Shown in pieces: positions 17,987 to 26,535 of a stretch of 60,360 bases of DNA (its first letter is position 1; each line of letters opens with the position of its first letter). This stretch comes from Oscillospiraceae bacterium. Its GTDB lineage: Bacteria > Bacillota > Clostridia > Christensenellales > Aristaeellaceae. The notes beneath the pieces are model-generated. The model was given only the letters and a program-made list of their open reading frames with translations, was not told where the DNA came from and did no database searches. Position numbers and translations under genes: made by a program. The stretch covers positions 1-60,360 of the forward strand of contig JAITTS010000097.1 in assembly GCA_031286995.1 (NCBI GenBank). Reading direction: 5' to 3'.

Positions 17987-18100
17987 TTTTCCACAATTCA
18001 ACATAGTTTTCCACAGAAAAAGGTGAGGATGCACGCCAATATCAAGGCTTTTCCACACGGCCATGGTCTTTTTTTGGCCAGGATAAAAAAGTTTTCCACA
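17987..18100 (+). promoter_or_regulatory. Cluster of four identical DnaA-box-like 9-mers (TTTTCCACA)
   Basis: Exact TTTTCCACA occurs at 17987-17995, 18007-18015, 18049-18057 and 18092-18100, all in the same orientation, inside a 610-bp ORF-poor gap. The flank at 17940-18020 is locally AT-rich. Confidence 0.6.
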
Positions 18101-18401
18101 GGGCAGACAAAGCATCCGTTCACCACAATCTATGCGCGACGGGGGCGTTTTAGCCTACTGCACTGCGTGCGCGTCCTCAATCGGAGCGCACTTTTTTTAT
18201 GCGCATAGTGTGCATTCAAATCCGTCAAAAAAAGCCTGGCAAAGATGCAGCCCTTTGCGCTTTGGGCTTATCTGGGCGCTGCTTGGCAGGCCTGGTTCTG
18301 CCGGTGCGCCGATGCGGCCTTGTCTCGCACAGCTCACCGTTCCGTCCCGGTTTGGGACAACAGGCGCCTTCGCGGGCAAGCGTCTGCGTTGCTCTCAAGG
18401 C

Positions 18402-19286
18402 TTAGCCGGGGGATGCTTGCGGGCGGCGCCCGCCCAAACCGAGCGCCATGCAGCGCCGCGCCCGTTCTTCCGCCTTGCCCCCCAGAGCGATCTGTTGGGC
18501 CAGAAAATCCGGATGATCCCGCAAGAAATCGCACACAAAGGCATCCGGATCCCGTAAAAAGGCCAGCACCATGCCGTATTGGGCCTCTGTCAGCAGGCCT
18601 TGGGCCTGGGCGACGCGCAGCATGGCCGCATCCACCCGCACCAGGGCTGTCAGGGGCACGCCCTGTTTGGCTAGTATCTCGCGTCCACCCTGGTCTCTAT
18701 CCACCACGGCCAGCGTGGCGGTCATGGTAACCCCCAGCGCGGCGAGCGCGGGCAGCCAGGCTCGGGTGTAGCTGGATGCCTCTGTCACCAAATCTGCCAC
18801 GTGCAGGGCGCGTCTGCCGGAAAGGCTGGCTGCCTCCGCGGGCACGCTGGGGCCGCCATCCGCCGGGGTGTACACGGCGTCCAGATCTTTAAAGATGCAC
18901 AGATGGGGCACGCCCAAAATCCGGGCTACGGGGAGAGAGAAAAAAAAATCCCGCCGCTCGCCGCCGGATACAAAGTCAAAATTCAGCCCCCGGGCGGCCT
19001 CCGCCAGGCGCGCGATGACCCCGGCAAAGGCCGTATCCTGCGCTGTGTGCGCCGCAATGCGCGCACCGATGATGCGGGGCAGAGCCAGCCGATCCGCCGT
19101 GGCCTGCTGCTCTATGGCATCGAGCAAATTCGCGGCCGCCGGCTCGCCGCCAAAGAGAAAGTGGGTGTTGATGTAAAAAGGCCCCAGCCTGCCGGATGTG
19201 TACCAAAACGGCTGGCCCTCGGGGCACAGGCGCAGGGCGTGGGTGGCGAACAGAGCGGCCAGGGTAGGGTTGGCGGCAGGTTCCAT
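18402..19286 (-). CDS. Orotate-phosphoribosyltransferase-like (type I PRT fold) protein with a C-terminal helical extension
   Basis: FWYTSGRLGPFYINTHFL and ALHVADLVTEASSY...LAVVDRDQGGREILAKQGVPLTAL align with the PyrE hood and PRPP-loop regions. The PRPP motif is degenerate: AD..TEAS instead of DD..TTGG. Confidence 0.55.
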   Translation of the reverse strand: MEPAANPTLAALFATHALRLCPEGQPFWYTSGRLGPFYINTHFLFGGEPAAANLLDAIEQQATADRLALPRIIGARIAAHTAQDTAFAGVIARLAEAARGLNFDFVSGGERRDFFFSLPVARILGVPHLCIFKDLDAVYTPADGGPSVPAEAASLSGRRALHVADLVTEASSYTRAWLPALAALGVTMTATLAVVDRDQGGREILAKQGVPLTALVRVDAAMLRVAQAQGLLTEAQYGMVLAFLRDPDAFVCDFLRDHPDFLAQQIALGGKAEERARRCMALGLGGRRPQASPG

Positions 19287-19350
19287 GGGGCCCTCCTTTG
19301 TGGATGGTTTGACGCAGGGCGCGGTCGCCCCGGCGTTTCCCTCCGTTTTT

Positions 19351-20796
19351 TCAAGCTGTTTTGCGCCAGGTCTCGCGGGAGAAGAGCAGCAGAACGGGGA
19401 AGATCTCCAGCCGCCCGATGATCATCAGCAGTGCCAGGGTCAGCTTGCTCAAGGGCGAAAAAGCTGCAAAGTTGCCCATGGGACCTACCAGGCCCAAGCC
19501 GGGCCCCACGTTGCCCATGGCGGTGAGGGCGGCAGAGAAGGTGGTTAAAAAGTCAAAGTCATCCAGTGCGAGGATCAGCGTGCCCAGCACCACCAGCCCG
19601 ATAAAGCCGACGGTGAACACGAGCACAGTGTGCACCACCTCGTCGCTGAGGGTCTTGCCATCCATCTTGACGGGGCGCACCATGCGCGGGTGGATGATGC
19701 GGCCCGTGGCACGGAACATGCCCTTGCCCAGTAGCAGCAGGCGCACCACCTTCAGCCCGCCGCCCGTGGAGCCGGCACAGGCCCCCAGGGCCATCAGACA
19801 CAGCAGCAGGCACCGGGCCAGTTCGGGCCACAGATCAAAGTTGACAGTGGTGAACCCGGATGTGGAGATGATGGATGTAACCTGGAAGAAGGCGTGGCGC
19901 AGGGATGTCACGGGGCCGTGCTGCCCCCACACCAGCAGCGCGATGATGCCTGTGGCCAGGCCGATAACCACCAGGTACAGGCCGAACTCTTCATTTTTCG
20001 CAGCGCGGCGGATATCCCGCTGCACAAACAGATAGAAGTACAGCGTAAAGTTGATGCCGAACAGCAGCATAAAGGCGGCGATGATCCATTCCGCCATGGG
20101 GTTGGCGTAAGCGCCTACGGAGAGATTGCGGTTGGAGAACCCGCCGGTGCCCGCTGTGCCCATGGCGTGTATGGCCGCGTCAAACAGGGGCATGCCCGCC
20201 AGGCGCAGCAACACCGTCAGCAATACGGTCATGAGGATGTAGATGAGATAGAGCACCTTGGCCGTAGCCCCCAGCTTGGGCAGTAGCTTGCCGGGGGTGG
20301 GGCCGGGGCTTTCGGCTTTCAGCAAGTACACGGTGCCTGCGCCCATGGTGGGCATCAGCGCCATGGCCAGCACCAGCACGCCCATGCCGCCGAGCAAGTG
20401 GGTGAAGCTGCGCCAGAACAGAATGCCGTGGGGCAGGGCCTCCACATTCGCCACCAGGGTGCTGCCCGTGGTGGTGAAGCCGGATGCGCATTCAAACAGC
20501 GCATCCACGCAGTTGGGGATGGCCCCGCTGAGCACGAAGGGGAGCGCCCCAAAGGCGGATATGAACAACCAGATGATGGCCACGGCGGCAAAACCCTCGC
20601 GGGGTTGCATGGGCCGGTTGCGGGGGGTCAGCCGCCGTAGCGCGCGCCCCGCTGCCAGCAGGATACCGATGGAGAGCGCGAAGGCCGTGGCATCCCCCTC
20701 GCCGTAGTACAGGGCCACGCCCAGGGACGGCAACATCATCAGGCCCTCGTACCACAGTACGGCGCCCAGCAGACGCATGATCAATTTGTAGTTCAT
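19351..20796 (-). CDS. trkH: TrkH/KtrB-family potassium uptake membrane protein
   Basis: 481-aa multi-TM protein with repeated selectivity-filter-like segments (TTTGST, GTAGTGGFS, STSGFTT, AGSTGGGLK). Confidence 0.88.
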   Translation of the reverse strand: MNYKLIMRLLGAVLWYEGLMMLPSLGVALYYGEGDATAFALSIGILLAAGRALRRLTPRNRPMQPREGFAAVAIIWLFISAFGALPFVLSGAIPNCVDALFECASGFTTTGSTLVANVEALPHGILFWRSFTHLLGGMGVLVLAMALMPTMGAGTVYLLKAESPGPTPGKLLPKLGATAKVLYLIYILMTVLLTVLLRLAGMPLFDAAIHAMGTAGTGGFSNRNLSVGAYANPMAEWIIAAFMLLFGINFTLYFYLFVQRDIRRAAKNEEFGLYLVVIGLATGIIALLVWGQHGPVTSLRHAFFQVTSIISTSGFTTVNFDLWPELARCLLLCLMALGACAGSTGGGLKVVRLLLLGKGMFRATGRIIHPRMVRPVKMDGKTLSDEVVHTVLVFTVGFIGLVVLGTLILALDDFDFLTTFSAALTAMGNVGPGLGLVGPMGNFAAFSPLSKLTLALLMIIGRLEIFPVLLLFSRETWRKTA

Positions 20797-20798
20797 GT

Positions 20799-22163
20799 CT
20801 AGCCCTTGCCTTCCAGCAGATCATTCAAATCCATCACAGTCAATCCGCAGGCGATGACGATCACGTGGTCGCCGGGCTGTATGACGGTGTCGCCCCGGGG
20901 GATGAGGATGCGGTCTCCCCTGGCCAGCGCGGCGATGAGCACGCCCTTTTTCAGCGGCAGCGCGCGCAGGGGCTGGCCGTGCAGGCGCGAGAGCGGGCTT
21001 ACCCCAAATTCCATGGCCTCCGCCTTGCCGCCCAGAATGCGGTACAGGGTCTCCATGGCGGAACCTTCGGAATTGCTCAGCGCGCGCACGTAGCGTTCAA
21101 TGGAGTTGGCGGCGATCATCTTGGGGGTGATCACGCAGTCTATGCCCATGGTGTGGATGATGTCGCTATAGTTCATGCGGTTGATCTTGGTGATGACGCG
21201 GGGCACCCGGCGCTGATGAGCAAACAGGGCGGCCATCAGGTTTTCCTCATCCCGGTCGGTCAGGGCGACAAAGGCATCGGCCTGCTCCAGCCCTTCGTTC
21301 AGCAGCAAATCCTGCTCCGTGCCGTCGCCGCGAATCACCAGCGCGTCGGAGAATTCGCCGCCTAGCGCGTCGGCCACGGCTGGATTCAACTCAATGATCT
21401 TGACGGACATACCGTAGGGATCCAGCAGGCGAGTCAGGTAGCGGGTGATGCGCCCGCCGCCGATGATGATGACCGAGCGCACCTTTTCCGTCGAGCGGCC
21501 CAGATAGCGGAAAAAGGCGTTGCCCATCGCCGGAGGCCCCACGATGTACACCGTATCCCCCGGCAGAAAAGATGTGGCGCCGTCGGGGATGGAGACCACA
21601 CCCGCGCGCTCCATGGCGCAAAAAAGCACGTCTACCGGGATGCGGGGCGTCAGCTGCGCCAAGGGCTTGCCGACCACGGGATCATCGGGCTGCACGCGGA
21701 AGGAGAGAATCTCTACCCGGCCATGGGCAAAGCTCTCCACCGTGTTGGCATCCTGCACGCGCAAGAGGCGGGCGATCTCCTCGGCCGCGGCGCGCTCCGG
21801 GTTGATCACCAGGTTCAGATCCAGCTCCGCTTTTAAGACAGCCAGTTCCTGCTCGTACTCGGGGTCGCGTATGCGGGCTACGGTGTGCTTGGCGCCCAGC
21901 CGACGGCCCAGCAGGCAGCAGATCATGTTCATTTCGTCGTTGGTGGTGGCGGCGATCAGCAGGTCGCAGTGGCCGGCCCCCGCCTCGCGCAGCGTGGGAA
22001 TGCTGGCGCCGTTGCCGTGCACGCACAGCACATCCAGCGCGGCATCGGCACGGGCCAAGGCCGCCTCGTTTTTATCCACGATCACGACATCGTGCTTTTC
22101 TTTCGATAGCTGTTCCGCCAGGGTGTAACCTACTTTGCCGTCCCCAACGATGATGATGCGCAT
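20799..22163 (-). CDS. trkA: Trk system NAD-binding protein TrkA (two RCK/KTN modules)
   Basis: MRIIIVGDGKVGYTLAEQL and a second IIIGGGRITRYL Rossmann motif are present. I trimmed the start to ATG 22163, which has a GGAGG RBS. Confidence 0.9.
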   Translation of the reverse strand: MRIIIVGDGKVGYTLAEQLSKEKHDVVIVDKNEAALARADAALDVLCVHGNGASIPTLREAGAGHCDLLIAATTNDEMNMICCLLGRRLGAKHTVARIRDPEYEQELAVLKAELDLNLVINPERAAAEEIARLLRVQDANTVESFAHGRVEILSFRVQPDDPVVGKPLAQLTPRIPVDVLFCAMERAGVVSIPDGATSFLPGDTVYIVGPPAMGNAFFRYLGRSTEKVRSVIIIGGGRITRYLTRLLDPYGMSVKIIELNPAVADALGGEFSDALVIRGDGTEQDLLLNEGLEQADAFVALTDRDEENLMAALFAHQRRVPRVITKINRMNYSDIIHTMGIDCVITPKMIAANSIERYVRALSNSEGSAMETLYRILGGKAEAMEFGVSPLSRLHGQPLRALPLKKGVLIAALARGDRILIPRGDTVIQPGDHVIVIACGLTVMDLNDLLEGKG

Positions 22164-22238
22164 GCTCTGCCTCCGGGGCTCATCCATGTACAATAATAAT
22201 GCGGTGGAGGGTACGAAGAATATGGGATATCGGCGTTC

Positions 22239-22267
22239 ATTATAGCGCGCGTGCCGTTGGGTGTCAA
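22239..22267 (-). promoter_or_regulatory. Consensus sigma-A promoter for trkA-trkH
   Basis: The minus strand reads TTGACA, a 17-nt spacer, then TATAAT. Both hexamers are perfect. Confidence 0.6.
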
Positions 22268-22279
22268 CGAGGGATTCGC

Positions 22280-23839
22280 TCAACGCATTTTTTCCCAGTA
22301 GGCCCGCAAAACATTCTGATTCTGCACGCCGTAGTTGGGATCATTCTTGATCACCTCATCCATATCCCGGTAGAAGTGCACGCACAGGTGACCGTCAAAG
22401 CCGTTATCTTGGATGGAACCGGAAAGGTGGGGCGTGTTGTGCATGGTGGCCAGTATCCACCGCCCGTCCGGCATGCGGGCGAACACGGGCTTGGGATTCC
22501 AGGTGGTGGCGTAGCCGAAGGCCGCGTACATAATCTCCGTATCCTGGCGGGTTCTGGGTTCACTATCCGCGTGGTTGCCCATGGCATAGAAGCGCAGGCC
22601 CCAGCCCAGACCGCTGGCCGGGTCGTACACGGTGTAGTTTTGGCCGGCCTTGTAGCTCTTTTTTACGTCGTTGAACCAGTGGGCAAGCTCTACTTGGCTG
22701 GGATCGGGGCCATCCATCTCTCCCGCACCGGGGGTCAGCGTGGGCCGTGGCGTGGGCTTCTGGGATGCGACTAAGGGGGTACCTTCATATAATATGCGCA
22801 GCGTTGCCGGGCCTGCCACACCATCCACACCGGTGTCATTGTTTTGCTGAAAGGCGCGCACCGCATCCGCCGTGGCGCTGTCGTAGTTGCCATTGACACT
22901 GCCGGTGTAGTAGCCCAAATCCTTCAGAGCCTGCTGCAGCGCGCGCACATCTTCGCCTGTGCTCCCCTTGCGCAGCGTGGGGTAGCCGGGGCGGGGCGTC
23001 GATGCCGGACGGGGCGTGGCCGTGGGTGCGGCTGAATCTGGGGGCTGTGTGCCGGGCGAGGACGCGGCTTGGCCATAGAGCGCGGTCAGGGTCTTGGGCC
23101 CGGCAATGCCGTCGGCCAGCAGCCCATTTGCCCGCTGAAAGGCCCGCACCGCCGCCGCGGTCAGGGATGCGTAGGTGCCCGTGGCCGTGGCGGTAAAGTA
23201 TCCCAGTTCCTTCAGGCGCAGCTGCAGCGCGCGCACCGCATCCCCGGCGGAGCCGCTGCGTAGCAGGGCGCTTGTCTGCGCATCGCCGCCGGATGCGGCG
23301 GGAGGAGGCGTCGTTGCCGGCACGCCGGTCTCTGCGTACAGCGCGGCCAGCGTCTTAGGCCCGGCAATGCCGTCCGCGCCGAGTCGGTTGGTCCGCTGAA
23401 AGGCCTTGACGCAGGCCACGGTGTTGGTCATGTAACTGCCCGTAGGGTTCAGGGGGCCGTAGCCTAGAGCCACCAACCGTTGCTGCAGGGCCAGTACATC
23501 GTCCCCCTTTGCGCCGTAGCGCAGGGTGCGGGCGGTGGATGCGGGCGAGGATGAGGCGGGTGGCGCGGGCGCGCCTTGCTGGCCGGTCAGCAGCAAATCC
23601 TGCCGGATATAGCCCGTGGTCTGGCCGTAGGCTACGATGTACCAATCCCCTTCCCACCCCAGCAGGGATACCTGCGCGCCGCCGGGCAGCACGCTGCGCA
23701 CGGGGGTATTCGTACCCGCGCCCGCGCGCAGGTTGGTTTTCACCTGCGTCCAGGCGGGGGCCAGGTCTTCAGCGGGAACGGGCAGGGCCGCGCCCAACAG
23801 CGCGCAGAGGGCGCACAGCAATGCGAAACGGCGTTTCAT
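22280..23839 (-). CDS. Secreted cell-wall protein: signal peptide, an SH3b domain, three PG_binding_1 domains and an unassigned ~150-aa C-terminal domain
   Basis: The signal peptide is MKRRFALLCALCALLGAALPVPA and the SH3b-like segment is VKTNLRAGAGTNTPV...GDWYIVAYGQTTGYI. The pattern LRxGxxGxxVxALQxxLxxLGY...DGIAGPKTLxALY occurs three times. The C-terminal domain ends in DNGFDGHLCVHFY. Confidence 0.75.
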   Translation of the reverse strand: MKRRFALLCALCALLGAALPVPAEDLAPAWTQVKTNLRAGAGTNTPVRSVLPGGAQVSLLGWEGDWYIVAYGQTTGYIRQDLLLTGQQGAPAPPASSSPASTARTLRYGAKGDDVLALQQRLVALGYGPLNPTGSYMTNTVACVKAFQRTNRLGADGIAGPKTLAALYAETGVPATTPPPAASGGDAQTSALLRSGSAGDAVRALQLRLKELGYFTATATGTYASLTAAAVRAFQRANGLLADGIAGPKTLTALYGQAASSPGTQPPDSAAPTATPRPASTPRPGYPTLRKGSTGEDVRALQQALKDLGYYTGSVNGNYDSATADAVRAFQQNNDTGVDGVAGPATLRILYEGTPLVASQKPTPRPTLTPGAGEMDGPDPSQVELAHWFNDVKKSYKAGQNYTVYDPASGLGWGLRFYAMGNHADSEPRTRQDTEIMYAAFGYATTWNPKPVFARMPDGRWILATMHNTPHLSGSIQDNGFDGHLCVHFYRDMDEVIKNDPNYGVQNQNVLRAYWEKMR

Positions 23840-24312
23840 AGTAAGATCCTTTCTTTAAAAGAACATGCAATGCGGTGTGACAATGTGTTGCGGGATTCAA
23901 ATGTGTAAAAAGTGTGACAAAATACATACTTTTGTAATATATGACGCGCCAGAACAAAAATCCTTCCCGGATTGTCGAAAAAACAAAGAAACTTTTATAC
24001 GTCGTGCCGCTTTGTTTGCAACCCGGCCGATTCAAAGCGTTTTTTGGGTTGGCATCCCGCATTTCTTCATTACTTAAAATGCAAACATGATTAAAGAATA
24101 AATGGGTAGCGGAAGGATATAGTAAAAAGCGGTGAAGTGACCGTTGCCGCGGCATGATGAGGGGGCGTAGCGGGCGGGACGGCGCAGGGAATTAGAGGCC
24201 GAATCCGGACACACCCGGCGCTTGGTACACCGCGGCGGACGAAATTTGGCGCGCAGGCTGGCAAAGTCCCACGCTGTTTTTCAAAAAAAGCGAAAAAAGA
24301 TGCAAAAAACTC

Positions 24313-24341
24313 TTGCACCCAGGAGCGGCTTGTAGTACAAT
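24313..24341 (+). promoter_or_regulatory. Promoter of the S10 ribosomal operon, with an upstream A-tract (UP-like) region
   Basis: TTGCAC, a 17-nt spacer, then TACAAT. It is preceded by aaaaaaagcgaaaaaagatgcaaaaaa at 24283-24310. Confidence 0.55.
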
Positions 24342-24348
24342 ACCTAAG

Positions 24349-24544
24349 CTGTCTGTTTATGCGCAGATAGATAGGGATGAAGCCGCAGATTGCCGCCTTG
24401 GGACGGGGAACTGCGGCAGACCAGCCCGCCAATCGGGCGAAGGCCGCGCGCCGTTCCGTCCATCCCGGCTCCCCGTAAGGGGAGCGCAAAGCAGGGAAGG
24501 GCACACCCGGCACGGTGTACGTGGCACGACAAGGAGGAAGGAAC
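24349..24544 (+). promoter_or_regulatory. Structured ~195-nt 5' leader of the S10 operon
   Basis: Hairpins are visible at GCCGCAG...CTGCGGC (24382-24417), CCCGccaatCGGG (about 24425-24438) and GCTCCCC-GTAA-GGGGAGC (24468-24485, a GNRA loop). I recognise no family. Confidence 0.4.
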
Positions 24545-24853
24545 ATGGCCAACCAGAAAATCCGCATCAAGTTGAAGGCGTACGAGCACAACCTGATCGA
24601 CCAATCCGCCGAGCGCATTGTGGAGACCGCCAAGCGCACCGGCGCCAAGGTATCGGGCCCCATCCCGCTGCCCACCGAGAAGGAGATCATCACCATCCTG
24701 CGGGCCCCCCACAAGTACAAGGATTCCCGCGAGCAGTTCGAGCAGCGCACGCACAAGCGCCTGATTGACATTCACAACCCCACCGCCAAGACCGTGGATG
24801 CCATGATGAAGTTGGATTTGCCCGCGGGTGTAGAGATCGAAATCAAGCTGTAA
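24545..24853 (+). CDS. rpsJ: 30S ribosomal protein S10
   Basis: [34 protein letters not shown]... An AAGGAGGAAGG RBS is present. The track ORF was trimmed to ATG 24545. Confidence 0.97.
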   Translation: MANQKIRIKLKAYEHNLIDQSAERIVETAKRTGAKVSGPIPLPTEKEIITILRAPHKYKDSREQFEQRTHKRLIDIHNPTAKTVDAMMKLDLPAGVEIEIKL

Positions 24854-24932
24854 CGCCAGCAGGGGCGGCATGTTGCCGCCCGCAATGAAAGGGCGGCGCG
24901 CCGCCCGCAATCCTCAGGAGGTGCGACCATTC

Positions 24933-25580
24933 ATGAAAAAAGCGATCGTTGGCAAAAAACTGGGCATGACCCAGGTATTTACGCCGGACGGGCGGTTGCT
25001 CCCCGTCACGGTGATTGAAGCAGGCCCCAACACCGTGGTGCAAAAAAAGACCGCCGTCAAGGATGGCTATGAGGCCATTCAGGTAGGCTTTGATGCCTAC
25101 CCCGAGTATCGGGTAAAGAAGCTGGTCACCAAGCCTTTGCTGGGGCACTTTCAAAAGGCCGGCGTGGCCCCCACCCGCCGCCTGCGCGAGTTTCGGCTGG
25201 AGGACTGCGCAGTCTACGAACCGGGCCAGGTCATCAAGGCGGATGTGTTCGCCGAGGGCGAAAAGGTGGATGTTACCGGCATCAGCAAGGGGCACGGCTT
25301 TACGGGCGCCATCTACCGCTGGCATCAGCATACCGGCCCTATGGCTCACGGCTCTAAGTATCACCGTGGCGTCGGTTCCATGGGTGCCAACTCCACTCCT
25401 TCCCGCGTGTTCAAAAACAAGCACATGCCCGGTCACTACGGCGTGGAAAAGGTGACCGTGCAGAACCTGACCGTGGTTCGCGTGGATGCGGATCGCAACC
25501 TGCTGCTGGTGCGTGGCGCTGTGCCCGGCCCCAACGGCGGCTACCTGACGGTTCGCAACGCGGTGAAGGCCAAGGCCTAA
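24933..25580 (+). CDS. rplC: 50S ribosomal protein L3
   Basis: [33 protein letters not shown]... A CAGGAGG RBS is present. Trimmed to ATG 24933. Confidence 0.97.
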   Translation: MKKAIVGKKLGMTQVFTPDGRLLPVTVIEAGPNTVVQKKTAVKDGYEAIQVGFDAYPEYRVKKLVTKPLLGHFQKAGVAPTRRLREFRLEDCAVYEPGQVIKADVFAEGEKVDVTGISKGHGFTGAIYRWHQHTGPMAHGSKYHRGVGSMGANSTPSRVFKNKHMPGHYGVEKVTVQNLTVVRVDADRNLLLVRGAVPGPNGGYLTVRNAVKAKA

Positions 25581-25600
25581 GCAGGAAGGAGGAAACGTTC

Positions 25601-26224
25601 ATGCCTACAGTACCTGTTAAAAATCAACAGGGCGTCGCGATCGGCGAGATCGCGCTCTCCGAAGAAATTTTCGGCGCGGATATTAACCGGGCGGCCATTC
25701 ACCTGGTGGTGCGCAGCCAGTTGGCCGCCAAGCGTCAGGGCACCCAGTCGGCCAAGACCCGCGGCGAGGTGCGGGGTGGCGGCCGCAAGATCTACCGCCA
25801 AAAGGGTACGGGCAACGCCCGGCACCACTCCAACCGCGCGCCCCAGTTCACTCACGGCGGCGTGGCGTTCGCACCCAAGCCCAGGGACTACGTCATCAAC
25901 GTGCCCCGCAAGGTGCGCCGCCTGGCGCTGAAAGGCGTGCTGACCAGCAAGGCGCAGGATGGCGCGATCATCGTGCTGGATAAACTCGCGCTGGATGCGC
26001 CCAAGACCCGCCTGATGGTCGAGGTGCTGGCCAAGCTGGCAGCCAAGAAGCCTTTGCTGGTGCTCTCCGGGCGGGATGAGACCGTGGTGCGCGCCAGCGC
26101 GAACATCCCCGGTCTGCAGACCGCCTATGTCAACACCATCAACGTCCTGGATATACTGGGCCACGAAACCTTCATCATTACACAGGACGCTGTCAAGCTA
26201 GTGGAGGAGGTGTACGCCCAATGA
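25601..26224 (+). CDS. rplD: 50S ribosomal protein L4
   Basis: ...RQGTQSAKTRGEVRGGGRKIYRQKGTGNARHHS..., in the expected operon position. Confidence 0.97.
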   Translation: MPTVPVKNQQGVAIGEIALSEEIFGADINRAAIHLVVRSQLAAKRQGTQSAKTRGEVRGGGRKIYRQKGTGNARHHSNRAPQFTHGGVAFAPKPRDYVINVPRKVRRLALKGVLTSKAQDGAIIVLDKLALDAPKTRLMVEVLAKLAAKKPLLVLSGRDETVVRASANIPGLQTAYVNTINVLDILGHETFIITQDAVKLVEEVYAQ

Positions 26225-26517
26225 AGGATCCCCACGACATCATCCGCCGCCCGGTGCTGACCGAAAAGGCCTACGACGGCTTTGAGAGCAAGCGCTACGT
26301 ATTCGAAGTGGATATCCACGCCAACAAGACCGAGGTGCGCGCCGCGCTGGAGCAGGTCTTTGGCGTAAAGGTAGAAAAGGTGAATACCCTGCGCACCCTG
26401 GGCAAGATCAAGCGGCAGGGCAAGACAAGCGGGCGCACGCCGGAAGTGAAGAAAGCCTACGTCACACTCAAGAAAGACTCTAAGGCGATTGAGTTCTTCG
26501 AGGGCATGGCCCAGTAA
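26221..26517 (+). CDS. rplW: 50S ribosomal protein L23
   Basis: MKDPHDIIRRPVLTEKAY...YVFEVDIHANKTEV... The start overlaps the rplD stop. Confidence 0.96.
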   Translation: MKDPHDIIRRPVLTEKAYDGFESKRYVFEVDIHANKTEVRAALEQVFGVKVEKVNTLRTLGKIKRQGKTSGRTPEVKKAYVTLKKDSKAIEFFEGMAQ

Positions 26518-26535
26518 AGCAGGGAGGAACAGCAC

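Noticed and set aside
18023-18208. A 61-aa plus-strand ORF in the DnaA-box region.
   Set aside because: Two of the TTTTCCACA repeats fall inside it. SD spacing to the ATG is poor (about 3 nt), the composition is odd, and no family is recognisable. It is more likely non-coding.
22164-22238. A c-di-AMP (ydaO/kimA-type) riboswitch upstream of trkA, which often precedes K+ transporter genes.
   Set aside because: The leader after the consensus promoter is only about 70 nt. It lacks the paired ACGGGGA-type motifs and the size (more than 120 nt) expected of that riboswitch.
24091-24771. A 226-aa minus-strand ORF spanning the S10 promoter, leader and the start of rpsJ.
   Set aside because: It runs antisense through the rpsJ promoter, leader and coding sequence. 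It has no RBS or motif and is low-complexity.
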